Shown piece after piece: positions 31,276 to 40,450 of a DNA stretch of 64,000 nucleotides. Origin of the DNA: an uncultured Flavobacteriaceae bacterium (GTDB lineage Bacteria; Bacteroidota; Bacteroidia; Flavobacteriales; Flavobacteriaceae). The translations under genes were made by a program, and so were the position numbers. The stretch lies in NCBI GenBank assembly GCA_964552195.1, contig CAZKFM010000001.1, positions 258,796-322,795 on the forward strand. The letters are read 5' to 3'. The notes beneath the pieces were generated by a model. That model saw only the letters and a list, made by a program, of their open reading frames with translations, was not told the origin of the DNA and searched no databases. Position 1 is the stretch's first letter. Every line of letters begins with the position of its first letter.

Positions 31276-32726
31276 TGGAATACATACCCTGGCAGTTAGG
31301 CGGCGGAGCTGGCGTCTTCGGAATCGTTACGGCGGTGCTCTTCATCTTCGTGATTATCATATACTTTATCCGTCGCTATAAGCGCTGTCCTTCCGATCGG
31401 ATACTGGTCGTTTACGGTAAGGTGGGATCAGGCAGCTCGGCCAAGTGCATACACGGCGGGGCTTCGTTTATTTGGCCGGTATTCCAGGACTACGAATTCC
31501 TGGATCTGACTCCCATGTCCATAGAGGTAGACCTGGTCAATGCGCTGAGTAAGCAGAATATCCGGGTCAGTGTCCCCTCTCGCTTTACCATAGGGATATC
31601 CACTGAGCCGGGTATCATGCAGAATGCCGCGGAGCGTCTTCTAGGGCTGGGCCTGTCCGAGATACAGGACCTGGCCAAAGAGATTATCTTCGGTCAGTTG
31701 AGATTGGTGGTGGCATCCATGGATATCGAGGAGATCAACTCTGACAGGGACAAGTTTCTGGCCAATATCTCTCAGAGTGTGGAGTCGGAACTGAAGAAGG
31801 TGGGGCTCAAGCTAATCAACGTAAACATAACCGATATAGTCGATGAGTCCGGGTATATCGAGGCTCTGGGTAAGGAGGCGGCCGCACACGCCATCAACGC
31901 CGCGCGTAAATCGGTCGCCGAGAAAAACCGAGACGGTTCCATAGGGGAAGCCAATGCGGTCCAGGACGAACGTACCCAGGTCGCCGCGGCCAATGCCCGC
32001 GCGGTAGAAGGGGAGAACCTCGCCAAGATCGACGTGGCCCAGTCCGATTCGCTCCGAAGGCAACGCGAGGCGGAAGCCGAGCGTGCGGCCATTGCCAGCG
32101 AAAAAGTCCAGACCGCCCGAGCCCTGGAAGAATCCTACGCGGCAGAGCAAAGCGCAGAGGAGGCCCGGGCAGATCGGGAGCGGAGTTCACAAATGGCCGA
32201 TGTAGTTGTTCCCGCGGAAATTGACAAGAAGAAAGTGGAGATCGAAGCCGAGGCGGAAGCCGAGAAGATCCGGCGCAGGGCAAAGGGAGAGGCGGATGCC
32301 ATACTCTTTAAGGCCGAGGCCGAGGCCAAAGGAATTTTTGAGGTATTGACCAAGCAGGCTGAGGGCCTTGACCGCATCGTTAAGGCGGCCGGAGACAGCC
32401 CTAAGGATGCTGTACTGCTCCTTATAGCCGAGAAGTTGCCCGAGCTGGTAGAAAAGCAGGCCGAGGCCATTAAGAATATTAAGATCGACAAGATCACCGT
32501 CTGGGATTCTGGGGAGGGAAAGGATGGAAAGGGTTCCACTGCGGGCTTCATTTCCGGACTCTACAAGTCTATTCCACCGTTAGAGGATATGTTTAACCTG
32601 GCCGGAATGGAACTTCCGGAATACTTGAAAGGAAAAGAGCGTGTTACTGAGCAGCCCGGTACCGACGGGGAATCATCGGATCCGGAGGGCCCCACCTCGG
32701 ACGACAAGCCTTCTCGCCCTGATTAA
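31275..32726 (+). CDS. flotillin/SPFH-domain protein (YqiK-like)
   Basis: N-terminal TM helix, SPFH domain, a long Ala/Glu-rich coiled coil (EAEAEAEKIRRRAKGEADA), and a flotillin C-terminus. Confidence 0.8.
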   Translation: MEYIPWQLGGGAGVFGIVTAVLFIFVIIIYFIRRYKRCPSDRILVVYGKVGSGSSAKCIHGGASFIWPVFQDYEFLDLTPMSIEVDLVNALSKQNIRVSVPSRFTIGISTEPGIMQNAAERLLGLGLSEIQDLAKEIIFGQLRLVVASMDIEEINSDRDKFLANISQSVESELKKVGLKLINVNITDIVDESGYIEALGKEAAAHAINAARKSVAEKNRDGSIGEANAVQDERTQVAAANARAVEGENLAKIDVAQSDSLRRQREAEAERAAIASEKVQTARALEESYAAEQSAEEARADRERSSQMADVVVPAEIDKKKVEIEAEAEAEKIRRRAKGEADAILFKAEAEAKGIFEVLTKQAEGLDRIVKAAGDSPKDAVLLLIAEKLPELVEKQAEAIKNIKIDKITVWDSGEGKDGKGSTAGFISGLYKSIPPLEDMFNLAGMELPEYLKGKERVTEQPGTDGESSDPEGPTSDDKPSRPD

Positions 32727-32798
32727 CTTTTGGCTTTATGAGATCTGTGCTGGCCTATATGGGTGATTCTGCCTAATTTTAAATTCTAATTTAACCGG

Positions 32799-33881
32799 AT
32801 GAACCACACACCTGACCCGCTCTCTAAAGAGCAGATCATAGAGATCTATAATACTCCCCTGATGGAATTGGTGTACCGCGCTGCTACCGTGCACCGCGAA
32901 CATCACGATCCCAATAAGATTCAAAAATCCACCCTGGTATCCATCAAGACCGGGGGCTGTCCGGAGGACTGCGGGTACTGCCCTCAGGCCGCCCGCTACC
33001 ACACCGACATCGAGGGCAACGGCCTGATGACGGTTGAACAGGTGAAGGACCGGGCATTGAAGGCTAAAGAAACCGGCAGTTCCCGCATATGCATGGGGGC
33101 CGCCTGGAGAAATGTCAAGGACGGGCCCGAATTCGAACAGGTACTCGATATGGTGCGTACAATCAACAAGCTGGATATGGAAGTGTGCTGTACCCTCGGG
33201 ATGCTGACCCAGCGTCAGGCAGAGCGTTTGGAAGAAGCCGGTCTGTACGCCTATAACCACAATCTCGATACCTCAGAGGAGTATTACGAAGAGGTGATAT
33301 CGACTCGGGGCTATCAGGATCGTATCGATACTATCAACAATGTCCGAAAAACCAATATAACGGTCTGTAGCGGTGGCATCATTGGAATGGGGGAATCCCT
33401 GGAAGACCGTGCCGCGATGCTTCATACCCTTTCCTCGTTTAATCCGCCGCCGGAATCGGTACCCATCAATGCTCTCGTAGCGGTAGAGGGTACGCCCATG
33501 GAAGACCAAAAGCCCCTGGATATTTGGGAGATGGTCCGCATGGTGGCAACTGCACGCATTGTCCTTCCCAGGACGCAGGTACGGCTTTCGGCCGGCAGGA
33601 ACGAGATGAGCCACGAGGGACAGGCATTATGTTTCCTGGCAGGGGCCAATTCCATTTTTGCCGGAGAGAAGCTGCTGACCACGCCAAACCCGGAAGAGGA
33701 TTCGGACATGAAACTTATACGTGCCCTGGGACTGGGACTCCAACAGCCGTTCGAACAGCACCCTCAGCGCCCATCCGTGGAAGCCGAGGATTCCCGTCTC
33801 GAGCCACTGAATGAGAAGCCGAGGTGGACCCGCCCCGATCACAAGATCGAGAGGAACGAAAAGGCCCGGTTAAAAAGGTAA
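32799..33881 (+). CDS. bioB: biotin synthase
   Basis: Radical-SAM CPEDCGYCPQ motif and YNHNLDTS. Carries a roughly 40 aa charged C-terminal extension. Confidence 0.9.
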   Translation: MNHTPDPLSKEQIIEIYNTPLMELVYRAATVHREHHDPNKIQKSTLVSIKTGGCPEDCGYCPQAARYHTDIEGNGLMTVEQVKDRALKAKETGSSRICMGAAWRNVKDGPEFEQVLDMVRTINKLDMEVCCTLGMLTQRQAERLEEAGLYAYNHNLDTSEEYYEEVISTRGYQDRIDTINNVRKTNITVCSGGIIGMGESLEDRAAMLHTLSSFNPPPESVPINALVAVEGTPMEDQKPLDIWEMVRMVATARIVLPRTQVRLSAGRNEMSHEGQALCFLAGANSIFAGEKLLTTPNPEEDSDMKLIRALGLGLQQPFEQHPQRPSVEAEDSRLEPLNEKPRWTRPDHKIERNEKARLKR

Positions 33882-33916
33882 ATTGCGTACCTTGTTTTCT
33901 CTTTTTCATTAGAGTT

Positions 33917-34798
33917 ATGGCTGGTTTATCGCTCCAAGACGTACCCAGGGTAGGAATGCTGTCCAGGGAGGAATTCCTAGAGGGCTACTTCAAGCCACAA
34001 AAGCCAGTGGTGCTGACCCGACAGTTCGGTCACTGGAAGGCCGTGCAGAACTGGAGCCTGGACTACTTCAAGAAGATAGCCGGGGATATCATGGTGCCTC
34101 TGTATGACGACCGACCGGTCTCTGCGGATGAGAAATTCAACGAGCCCCATGCCCGCATGCGCATGGACGAGTATGTCGACCTGCTGAAGTCCGAACCTAC
34201 GAAGTACCGTATTTTCCTCTGGAACCTGCTCCGCGAAGTCCCTGAACTCCAGAACGATTTCGATTATCCTGACCTGGGATTGAAGCTCCTTAAGGGGCTA
34301 CCCATGCTGTTCTTCGGTGGCATGGACTCCTTTACCTTCATGCACCACGACATCGACCTGGCCAATATCTTCCATTTCCACTTCGATGGGGAGAAGGAGT
34401 GCATACTCTATCCTTTGGAGGAGGGCAAGTATCTGTACAGAGTCCCTCATTCCCTGATAACACGGGAGGATATTCAGTTCGATAAGCCCGACCTTAAGAC
34501 CTGGCCCGCATTAAAAAATGCCAAGGGATATCGCGCCCGGCTTAAGCATGGAGAAATGCTGTACATGCCCGAGGGGTACTGGCATTACATGAAATACCTG
34601 ACCCCCGGCTTTTCGATGAGCCTCAGGGCACTGCCCCGGAAACCCAATCACCTGGCCCAGGCGGTGTACAATGTATTTGTTATGCGCCATTACGACAACG
34701 CTATGAGGCGATGGAAGGGACAGCAGTGGCTGGACTGGAAAAACGAAGAGGCGATCAAACGAACCCGTCCTTACGAGAGGAACCGGAAGATTGTCTGA
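33917..34798 (+). CDS. cupin-like/JmjC-domain protein (putative Fe(II)/2OG oxygenase)
   Basis: Cupin_8-like. Candidate HxD...H triad (FMHHDID ... YWHYM). Start set to the ATG at 33917. Confidence 0.6.
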   Translation: MAGLSLQDVPRVGMLSREEFLEGYFKPQKPVVLTRQFGHWKAVQNWSLDYFKKIAGDIMVPLYDDRPVSADEKFNEPHARMRMDEYVDLLKSEPTKYRIFLWNLLREVPELQNDFDYPDLGLKLLKGLPMLFFGGMDSFTFMHHDIDLANIFHFHFDGEKECILYPLEEGKYLYRVPHSLITREDIQFDKPDLKTWPALKNAKGYRARLKHGEMLYMPEGYWHYMKYLTPGFSMSLRALPRKPNHLAQAVYNVFVMRHYDNAMRRWKGQQWLDWKNEEAIKRTRPYERNRKIV

Positions 34799-35321
34799 CG
34801 AATTCCTGTATGAGATCAGGCTCCCAGCCCCGGTATGTCAGGTAGTTCCAGAATTTCTTTTTAGATTGAATTTCGGAGTCCGGTTGGAAGGAGTCCCATG
34901 CCCTTGAGGCTACTTCCCGGAATCGCATACGGTACTCTTCCTCCACTAATTCCTTGAGGCCACTGCGAATAGTATAATCGCTCAGACCGCGGGCTTTGAG
35001 TTCCATTTTTATGCGTAATCGACCCCAGTTTTTCTGACTGAATTTTCCCCTCACGAAGGCTTTACTGAAGCGCTCCTCGTTTAGGAAGTTCTCCGAGATC
35101 AGCTTTGCTATGATGTGGGCCCGAGCATCGCCGTGCATGCCCATTTCCCGGAGTTTCCGCTCTACTTCCTGATGACAACGCTCCTGAAAGCTACAATAGC
35201 GCTGTAGTCGTTCCAGCGCCTCCTGAACCGTAAAGTGCTTCTTTGCTCTCAAAAAAACTTTTGCGCCAAAGGTAAAGCGGTTATTCGGCAGTTCTCCTGC
35301 GGTAAACAAAAAACCCCGCAT
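34755..35321 (-). CDS. recX: regulatory protein RecX
   Basis: Three-repeat helical RecX pattern (LQRYCSFQERCHQEVERKLREMG...). The annotated ATG lies inside the rng terminator hairpin, so the true start is probably the downstream TTG near 35240. The 3' end overlaps the convergent JmjC gene by 44 bp. Confidence 0.7.
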   Translation of the reverse strand: MRGFLFTAGELPNNRFTFGAKVFLRAKKHFTVQEALERLQRYCSFQERCHQEVERKLREMGMHGDARAHIIAKLISENFLNEERFSKAFVRGKFSQKNWGRLRIKMELKARGLSDYTIRSGLKELVEEEYRMRFREVASRAWDSFQPDSEIQSKKKFWNYLTYRGWEPDLIQEFVRQSSGSSRKDGFV

Positions 35322-35352
35322 CCTTTCGGTGGCGGGGTTTCAGACCGGTTGT
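35322..35352 (-). terminator. rho-independent terminator downstream of rng
   Basis: On the minus strand: CCCCGC-caccgaaaggat-GCGGGG followed by TTTTTTGTTT. Confidence 0.65.
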
Positions 35353-36912
35353 TTAGGCCGGACGTACGGTTTTGCCTTGCTTATCTTTAAAACGGTATTC
35401 TAAAAACTTATAGGCATCCCTCGGCAGGATGCGGATCCAACGCTTGTATCGGAAGAACCACTGTATCTGGATGGAAGGCAGGCCGCTTTTGAGATAGGCG
35501 GCTATAAAGGGATGAATGTTAAGCGTTAATCCCTTGCTTTGTTTACCTTTTTTAGCATCTATGATGCGTTCCAGATCGTGATGAATCTGATCGATGATCG
35601 CGATGGGAGCCTCTATTTCGGCCCCGGGACCATCCGGATTAGCCTCGCTGGTTTTAATATTCATCTCCGGTCTCACACGCTGCCGGGTGATCTGAACCAG
35701 GCCGAATTTACTGGGGGGAAGTATCTTGTGCTTGGCGCGGTCATCTTCCATCTCCTTACCGAGGTGATCGAATAATTTGCGTCTGTGTTCACCCTTCACC
35801 ATGTCGATGAAGTCGATTACGATAATCCCTCCCATGTCCCTGAGGCGTAATTGTCGTGCGATCTCGGTAGCCGCAAGCATATTGACTTCCAGTGCGGTGT
35901 CCTCCTGGTTCTTGGCCCGGTTGGATCGGTTTCCACTGTTTACGTCAATGACGTGCAGCGCCTCAGTATGCTCGATAACGAGATAGGCGCCCCGGCTCAT
36001 GGAGGCGGTTTTGCCGAATGAGGTTTTGATCTGTCGTTCAATTCCGAATTTTTCGAAAATGGGGGTGGCTCCTTGATAGTGTTTTACTATGGTTTCCTTA
36101 CCCGGCGCAATTTCCATCAGGTACTCGCGTATGTTGTCACACAATACTTCGTTGTCTGAATGAATGCCGGTGAAACTGTCGTTGAATACATCGCGGAGAA
36201 TGCTTGAAGCCCTGTTCACTTCGACCAGGACTTTCGACGGCGGTTTTGCTTTCACAAGTAAATCGCACATCTCTTTCCATTTTTCGAATAGACTGGACAG
36301 GTCTTTGTCGAGTTCGGCCACCTTCTGACCCTCGGCAACGGTTCGGATAATCACACCGAATCCCTTGGGTTTAATGCTGGTTACCAATCTCTTAAGGCGT
36401 TCTTTTTCTCCCCTGTTTGAAATCTTCTGCGAAACGGAAACCCGGTCCGAAAAGGGAACCATCACCAGATATCTGCCCGCGATGGACAATTCCGAACTGA
36501 TGCGTGGGCCCTTGGTGGAAATGGGTTCCTTAACAATTTGAACGAGTATGGATTGGTTAGCTTTGAGTACCTCTGTAATACCTCCGTTCTTGTTAATGTC
36601 TTTCTCGTTGGGGAAATTTTCCAGGGAATAATCCTTAATCTTTCCCGATCGTACTCCCCTTATAAACGTCAAAAGGCTCCTGAGCTGCGGGCCCAGGTCG
36701 TGATAATGAAGGAAGGCGTCTTTTTCGTATCCGACGTTGACGAACGCTGCGTTCAGGCCGGATACCGGTTTACGGATCTTCGCGAGGAAAATGTCTCCCA
36801 CGGAGAATGCGTTCTGCCCTTCTTCCTTGTGTAATTCTATAAGTTTTCCGTCTTTAAGTAAGGCAAAATCGACCGTATCTTCCTTGGTTCGAATTATTAA
36901 TTCACTACTCAC
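35353..36912 (-). CDS. rng: ribonuclease E/G family protein
   Basis: S1 domain at the N-terminus. Catalytic-domain motifs (VIDFIDM, GLVQITRQR). 519 aa with no long scaffold tail, so RNase G-like. Confidence 0.85.
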   Translation of the reverse strand: MSSELIIRTKEDTVDFALLKDGKLIELHKEEGQNAFSVGDIFLAKIRKPVSGLNAAFVNVGYEKDAFLHYHDLGPQLRSLLTFIRGVRSGKIKDYSLENFPNEKDINKNGGITEVLKANQSILVQIVKEPISTKGPRISSELSIAGRYLVMVPFSDRVSVSQKISNRGEKERLKRLVTSIKPKGFGVIIRTVAEGQKVAELDKDLSSLFEKWKEMCDLLVKAKPPSKVLVEVNRASSILRDVFNDSFTGIHSDNEVLCDNIREYLMEIAPGKETIVKHYQGATPIFEKFGIERQIKTSFGKTASMSRGAYLVIEHTEALHVIDVNSGNRSNRAKNQEDTALEVNMLAATEIARQLRLRDMGGIIVIDFIDMVKGEHRRKLFDHLGKEMEDDRAKHKILPPSKFGLVQITRQRVRPEMNIKTSEANPDGPGAEIEAPIAIIDQIHHDLERIIDAKKGKQSKGLTLNIHPFIAAYLKSGLPSIQIQWFFRYKRWIRILPRDAYKFLEYRFKDKQGKTVRPA

Positions 36913-37174
36913 TACGAATCGATTATATACCTAAAGGAACGAATCCCTCAAGTGTTTAGTTAAACAATAAGGCAATGCAGTAACACGGAGACTATTCTCC
37001 TGTGTTAATGCGGGTCAACATGTCAAAGAACTTATGTATAAACGAAAGAATGTTACTTCTTCTTGTGTCGGTTAGCTCTCCTCCTCTTTTTTCTTTTGTG
37101 AGTCGCTACCTTATGTCTTTTACGCTTCTTACCACTCGGCATATTTCACTTCTTTAAATAAATATTCAGCTCTC

Positions 37175-37474
37175 TTACTCGCTACCGTTAACCTGAACGT
37201 TGGTCTTTACGCCTTCGACAAACACCTTGGCGGGCTTGAAAGCAGGGATGTTATGTGCGGGTATCTTTATGGTAGTATTCTTGGAGATGTTCCTTCCGGT
37301 TTTTTCGGCCCGGGTCTTGATGATGAAGCTGCCGAAGCCTCTCAGATACACGTTGTCTCCGTTCTCGAGAGAGGTTTTTACTTCTTCCATGAATGATTCC
37401 ACAGTTGCCTGGACATCACCTTTCTCGATGCCTAATTTTTCTGATATTTTTGATACAATATCCGCTTTAGTCAT
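37175..37474 (-). CDS. HU family DNA-binding protein
   Basis: MTKADIVSKISEKLGIEKGDV...VYLRGFGSF HU/IHF fold. Carries a roughly 10 aa C-terminal extension. Confidence 0.85.
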   Translation of the reverse strand: MTKADIVSKISEKLGIEKGDVQATVESFMEEVKTSLENGDNVYLRGFGSFIIKTRAEKTGRNISKNTTIKIPAHNIPAFKPAKVFVEGVKTNVQVNGSE

Positions 37475-37568
37475 TGTGATTTGATTTTTAGGGATGCAAA
37501 TATAGACATTAAAACGGTAGTTATTGCTAACCACCTTACATTAAGATACATAAAGAGCCCGCTTTAGC

Positions 37569-38615
37569 ATGCAAAATGAGGACTTCGCCACCGTTGTGGT
37601 GGACTGGTACCTGAGGAATAAAAGAGAACTGCCCTGGAGACATACCACAGATCCCTACAAGGTCTGGTTGTCCGAAATCATGTTGCAGCAGACGCGAGTC
37701 GCCCAGGGACTGCCGTATTACGAGCGATTCCTGAAGGCGTATCCCACCGTCTCCGATCTGGCGTCTGCGACTGAAGAAGAAGTTCTTAAAGTCTGGCAGG
37801 GCCTGGGCTATTACAGCAGGGCGCGTAACCTGCATGCCACCGCCCGGTATGTAGCCGGAGAGCTCGGGGGCATTTTCCCCGGGAACTACCAAGGCCTGCT
37901 AAGGCTCAAGGGCGTGGGTCCTTATACAGCTTCCGCTATAGCTTCCTTCTGCTACGGGGAAGTGGTCCCTGTTTTTGATGGTAATGTTTACCGGGTGCTC
38001 AGCCGGTATTTCGGGCTCAGAGAGCCGATAAACGGCACAGCCGGCCGGAAGGCTTTGGAGAGTTTAGGACGCAAGCTATGTCCCCAGGAGGATATAGCAA
38101 ACTACAATCAGGGGATTATGGAATTCGGTGCCCTTCAGTGCAAACCTAAATCACCCGATTGCGGTAACTGCCCGCTATCTAACGGCTGTCAGGCCCTGAA
38201 ACAGGACATGGTAGCCGAGCTTCCAACGAAACTCCGAAAATCTCCGGTGAAGAGGCTTGTTTACAATTATTTGGTATTCAGAGACAGCAGGGGATTCACC
38301 CGACTGGAGCAGCGCAGAACCGATGGGATCTGGCCTGGCCTTTATCAGTTTCCGCTCTGGGAAACCGAGATGAGAAAGAAACCGGAGGATGTTGCTCACC
38401 ACCTGGCTGAATCACAGGGTCTGCAGGCGGGATACATAGATCTGCTGGATTCAGTGGTACATAAACTCTCACACAGGCACATAGAGGCAGACTTCTGGTT
38501 GGTCTCTTTTCCGGGTTACCTGAACGGTGAGGAATGCCTGGCCTGGGAGGATCTCGAACGGTTCCCTGTGCCTGTGCTTATCGAGCGTTTCCTGGCGAAG
38601 GCTGATTTTGATTAA
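37569..38615 (+). CDS. mutY: A/G-specific adenine DNA glycosylase
   Basis: HhH-GPD motifs (LPGVGPYTASAI), 4Fe-4S cluster C-x6-C-x2-C-x5-C (CKPKSPDCGNCPLSNGC), and a C-terminal NUDIX-like domain. Confidence 0.9.
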   Translation: MQNEDFATVVVDWYLRNKRELPWRHTTDPYKVWLSEIMLQQTRVAQGLPYYERFLKAYPTVSDLASATEEEVLKVWQGLGYYSRARNLHATARYVAGELGGIFPGNYQGLLRLKGVGPYTASAIASFCYGEVVPVFDGNVYRVLSRYFGLREPINGTAGRKALESLGRKLCPQEDIANYNQGIMEFGALQCKPKSPDCGNCPLSNGCQALKQDMVAELPTKLRKSPVKRLVYNYLVFRDSRGFTRLEQRRTDGIWPGLYQFPLWETEMRKKPEDVAHHLAESQGLQAGYIDLLDSVVHKLSHRHIEADFWLVSFPGYLNGEECLAWEDLERFPVPVLIERFLAKADFD

Positions 38616-38634
38616 ATTTGTCTAATTGCTAATT

Positions 38635-39093
38635 ATGACTGGAACACTAAATAAGGTAATGCTCATAGGGCATCTCGGGGACGATGTCAAGATGCACTAC
38701 TTTGACGATAAGAACTGTATTGGGCGATTTCCCATAGCTACCAACGAATCGTATACCAACCGGCAGACCGGGGAGCGGATCGATCAGACCGAATGGCACA
38801 ATATTGTCGTGCGAAACAAGGCCGCAGAGACCTGCGAACGCTACCTGAAGAAGGGCGACAAGGTGTATGTAGAAGGCAGGCTTAAAACCCGTCAATGGCA
38901 GGGAGAAGACGGCCAAACCCGATATACGACGGAGATACACGTACAGGACTTCACCTTCCTTACCCCCAAGAATACGGAAGGTTTAGGGAATTCCGGTGAG
39001 TCTGTCGGCCGAAACAGCGAGTCCCGGATGGAAAGTCCGAGACAACCTGCGCAAACTGAGGAGAGCTCCCCTGAGGATGACCTTCCGTTTTAA
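38635..39093 (+). CDS. ssb: single-stranded DNA-binding protein
   Basis: OB-fold (NKVMLIGHLGDD...WHNIVV), disordered tail, and the canonical acidic C-terminal tip DDLPF. Confidence 0.9.
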   Translation: MTGTLNKVMLIGHLGDDVKMHYFDDKNCIGRFPIATNESYTNRQTGERIDQTEWHNIVVRNKAAETCERYLKKGDKVYVEGRLKTRQWQGEDGQTRYTTEIHVQDFTFLTPKNTEGLGNSGESVGRNSESRMESPRQPAQTEESSPEDDLPF

Positions 39094-39115
39094 GCACTAA
39101 CGTAAAGCACCCGGA

Positions 39116-40450
39116 TTGAAACCTCCCCCTTTAGCGGCAGTTTGGGCATCCCTGACGGATGTGGGGCCACTGATGGCAGAGTCTGTCGTACTTGTAATAA
39201 TGCTGGCCTGTTCGGCACTGATCTCCGGGGCTGAGGTGGCATTTTTCGGATTGGGTTCTACTGAAATCAAAGCTCTCGAAGAAGAGGAGTCGACACGGGG
39301 GAAGCTGATCGTTCAGCTCTTGGCCCGGCCCAAGAAATTGCTGGCGACTATCCTCATCGCCAATAATGCGGTGAACATCGGAATCGTGTTACTGTACAGC
39401 CGTGTGGGATCTGTATTACATGTGAGTGACACCTATCGATTCCTCGACCTGGTCAAGTACAATACCCTGATCGATATCACCGTTGCCACCGTATTGATAC
39501 TAACTTTCGGAGAGATATTGCCTAAGGTATATGCCAATCGCAACCGACTGGCTTTTAGCACTTTTATGAGCGTGCCGGTCTTCGTGCTGGACTGGTTGTT
39601 TTCGCCACTGACCCTGCCATTGAGAAAGAGTATGATCTTCATTCAGAACCGACTGGGACGTAGGCCCATTCAATTTGGGGTAGATCACCTTTCGCATGCG
39701 CTGGAATTAACCTCAGAAGGCGACACTACCCACGAGGAAAAGAAGCTGCTCGAAGGAATCGTGACATTTGGGAATACCGATACCAAACAGGTAATGCGCC
39801 CCAGAATCGACATCTTCGCGCTGGAAGAGGACATGCCGTATTCGCAGGTGCTCAAGGAAATCGTCGAACAGGGATATTCCCGTATACCCGTATATTCTGA
39901 CAATATAGATCATATAAAAGGAGTGTTGTACGTCAAGGATTTATTACCCCATATCGAAAGAAAGGACTTTGATTGGGTCTCTTTGATACACGAACCGTAC
40001 TTTGTGCCCGAGAACAAGAAGCTGGACGACCTGCTGCTGGAGTTTCAGGAACAGAAAAAGCACCTGGCAGTGGTCGTGGACGAATACGGAGGAACCTCGG
40101 GCATAGTAACCTTGGAGGATGTGATCGAAGAGATAGTAGGGGATATCAGCGACGAATTTGATGACGAGGAGCTGCACTTCTCCAAACTGGACGATTACAA
40201 CTACGTATTTGAAGGCAAGACTACCCTGAAGGATTTCTACAGGGTTACCGGTTTGGAGGATGCCGAGTCCCTGTTTGAACAAAAAAAGGGGGAATCGGAG
40301 ACCATAGCCGGCTTTGTACTCGAACTGGCCCAGGGATTTCCCAAGCGGGGAGAGACGATACAATTCGAATCGTACCGTTTCGTGGTGGAAAGCCTGGACC
40401 GAAAGCGACTTAAACAGATAAAGGTCACCCTGCCCCATGAAAAGAAATAG
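39116..40450 (+). CDS. gldE: gliding motility-associated protein GldE (CNNM/CorC-HlyC family, TM + CBS pair + CorC)
   Basis: DUF21 TM domain, tandem CBS domains, and a CorC_HlyC C-terminus. Conserved ssb-gldE-gldD synteny. The ORF begins at a TTG; the first ATG is at 39173. Confidence 0.8.
   Translation: MKPPPLAAVWASLTDVGPLMAESVVLVIMLACSALISGAEVAFFGLGSTEIKALEEEESTRGKLIVQLLARPKKLLATILIANNAVNIGIVLLYSRVGSVLHVSDTYRFLDLVKYNTLIDITVATVLILTFGEILPKVYANRNRLAFSTFMSVPVFVLDWLFSPLTLPLRKSMIFIQNRLGRRPIQFGVDHLSHALELTSEGDTTHEEKKLLEGIVTFGNTDTKQVMRPRIDIFALEEDMPYSQVLKEIVEQGYSRIPVYSDNIDHIKGVLYVKDLLPHIERKDFDWVSLIHEPYFVPENKKLDDLLLEFQEQKKHLAVVVDEYGGTSGIVTLEDVIEEIVGDISDEFDDEELHFSKLDDYNYVFEGKTTLKDFYRVTGLEDAESLFEQKKGESETIAGFVLELAQGFPKRGETIQFESYRFVVESLDRKRLKQIKVTLPHEKK

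Noticed and set aside
31772-32551. Several Ala/Ser/Arg-rich minus-strand ORFs (106-138 aa) opposite the flotillin coiled-coil region
   Set aside because: Artefacts of the GCN-rich, repetitive coding sequence of the EAEAEAE coiled coil.
36913-37174. Possible tRNA or small RNA gene in the 262-bp gap between rng and the HU gene
   Set aside because: No T-loop or D-loop consensus (GTTCGA-type) and no cloverleaf could be drawn. Interpreted as the rng 5' leader.
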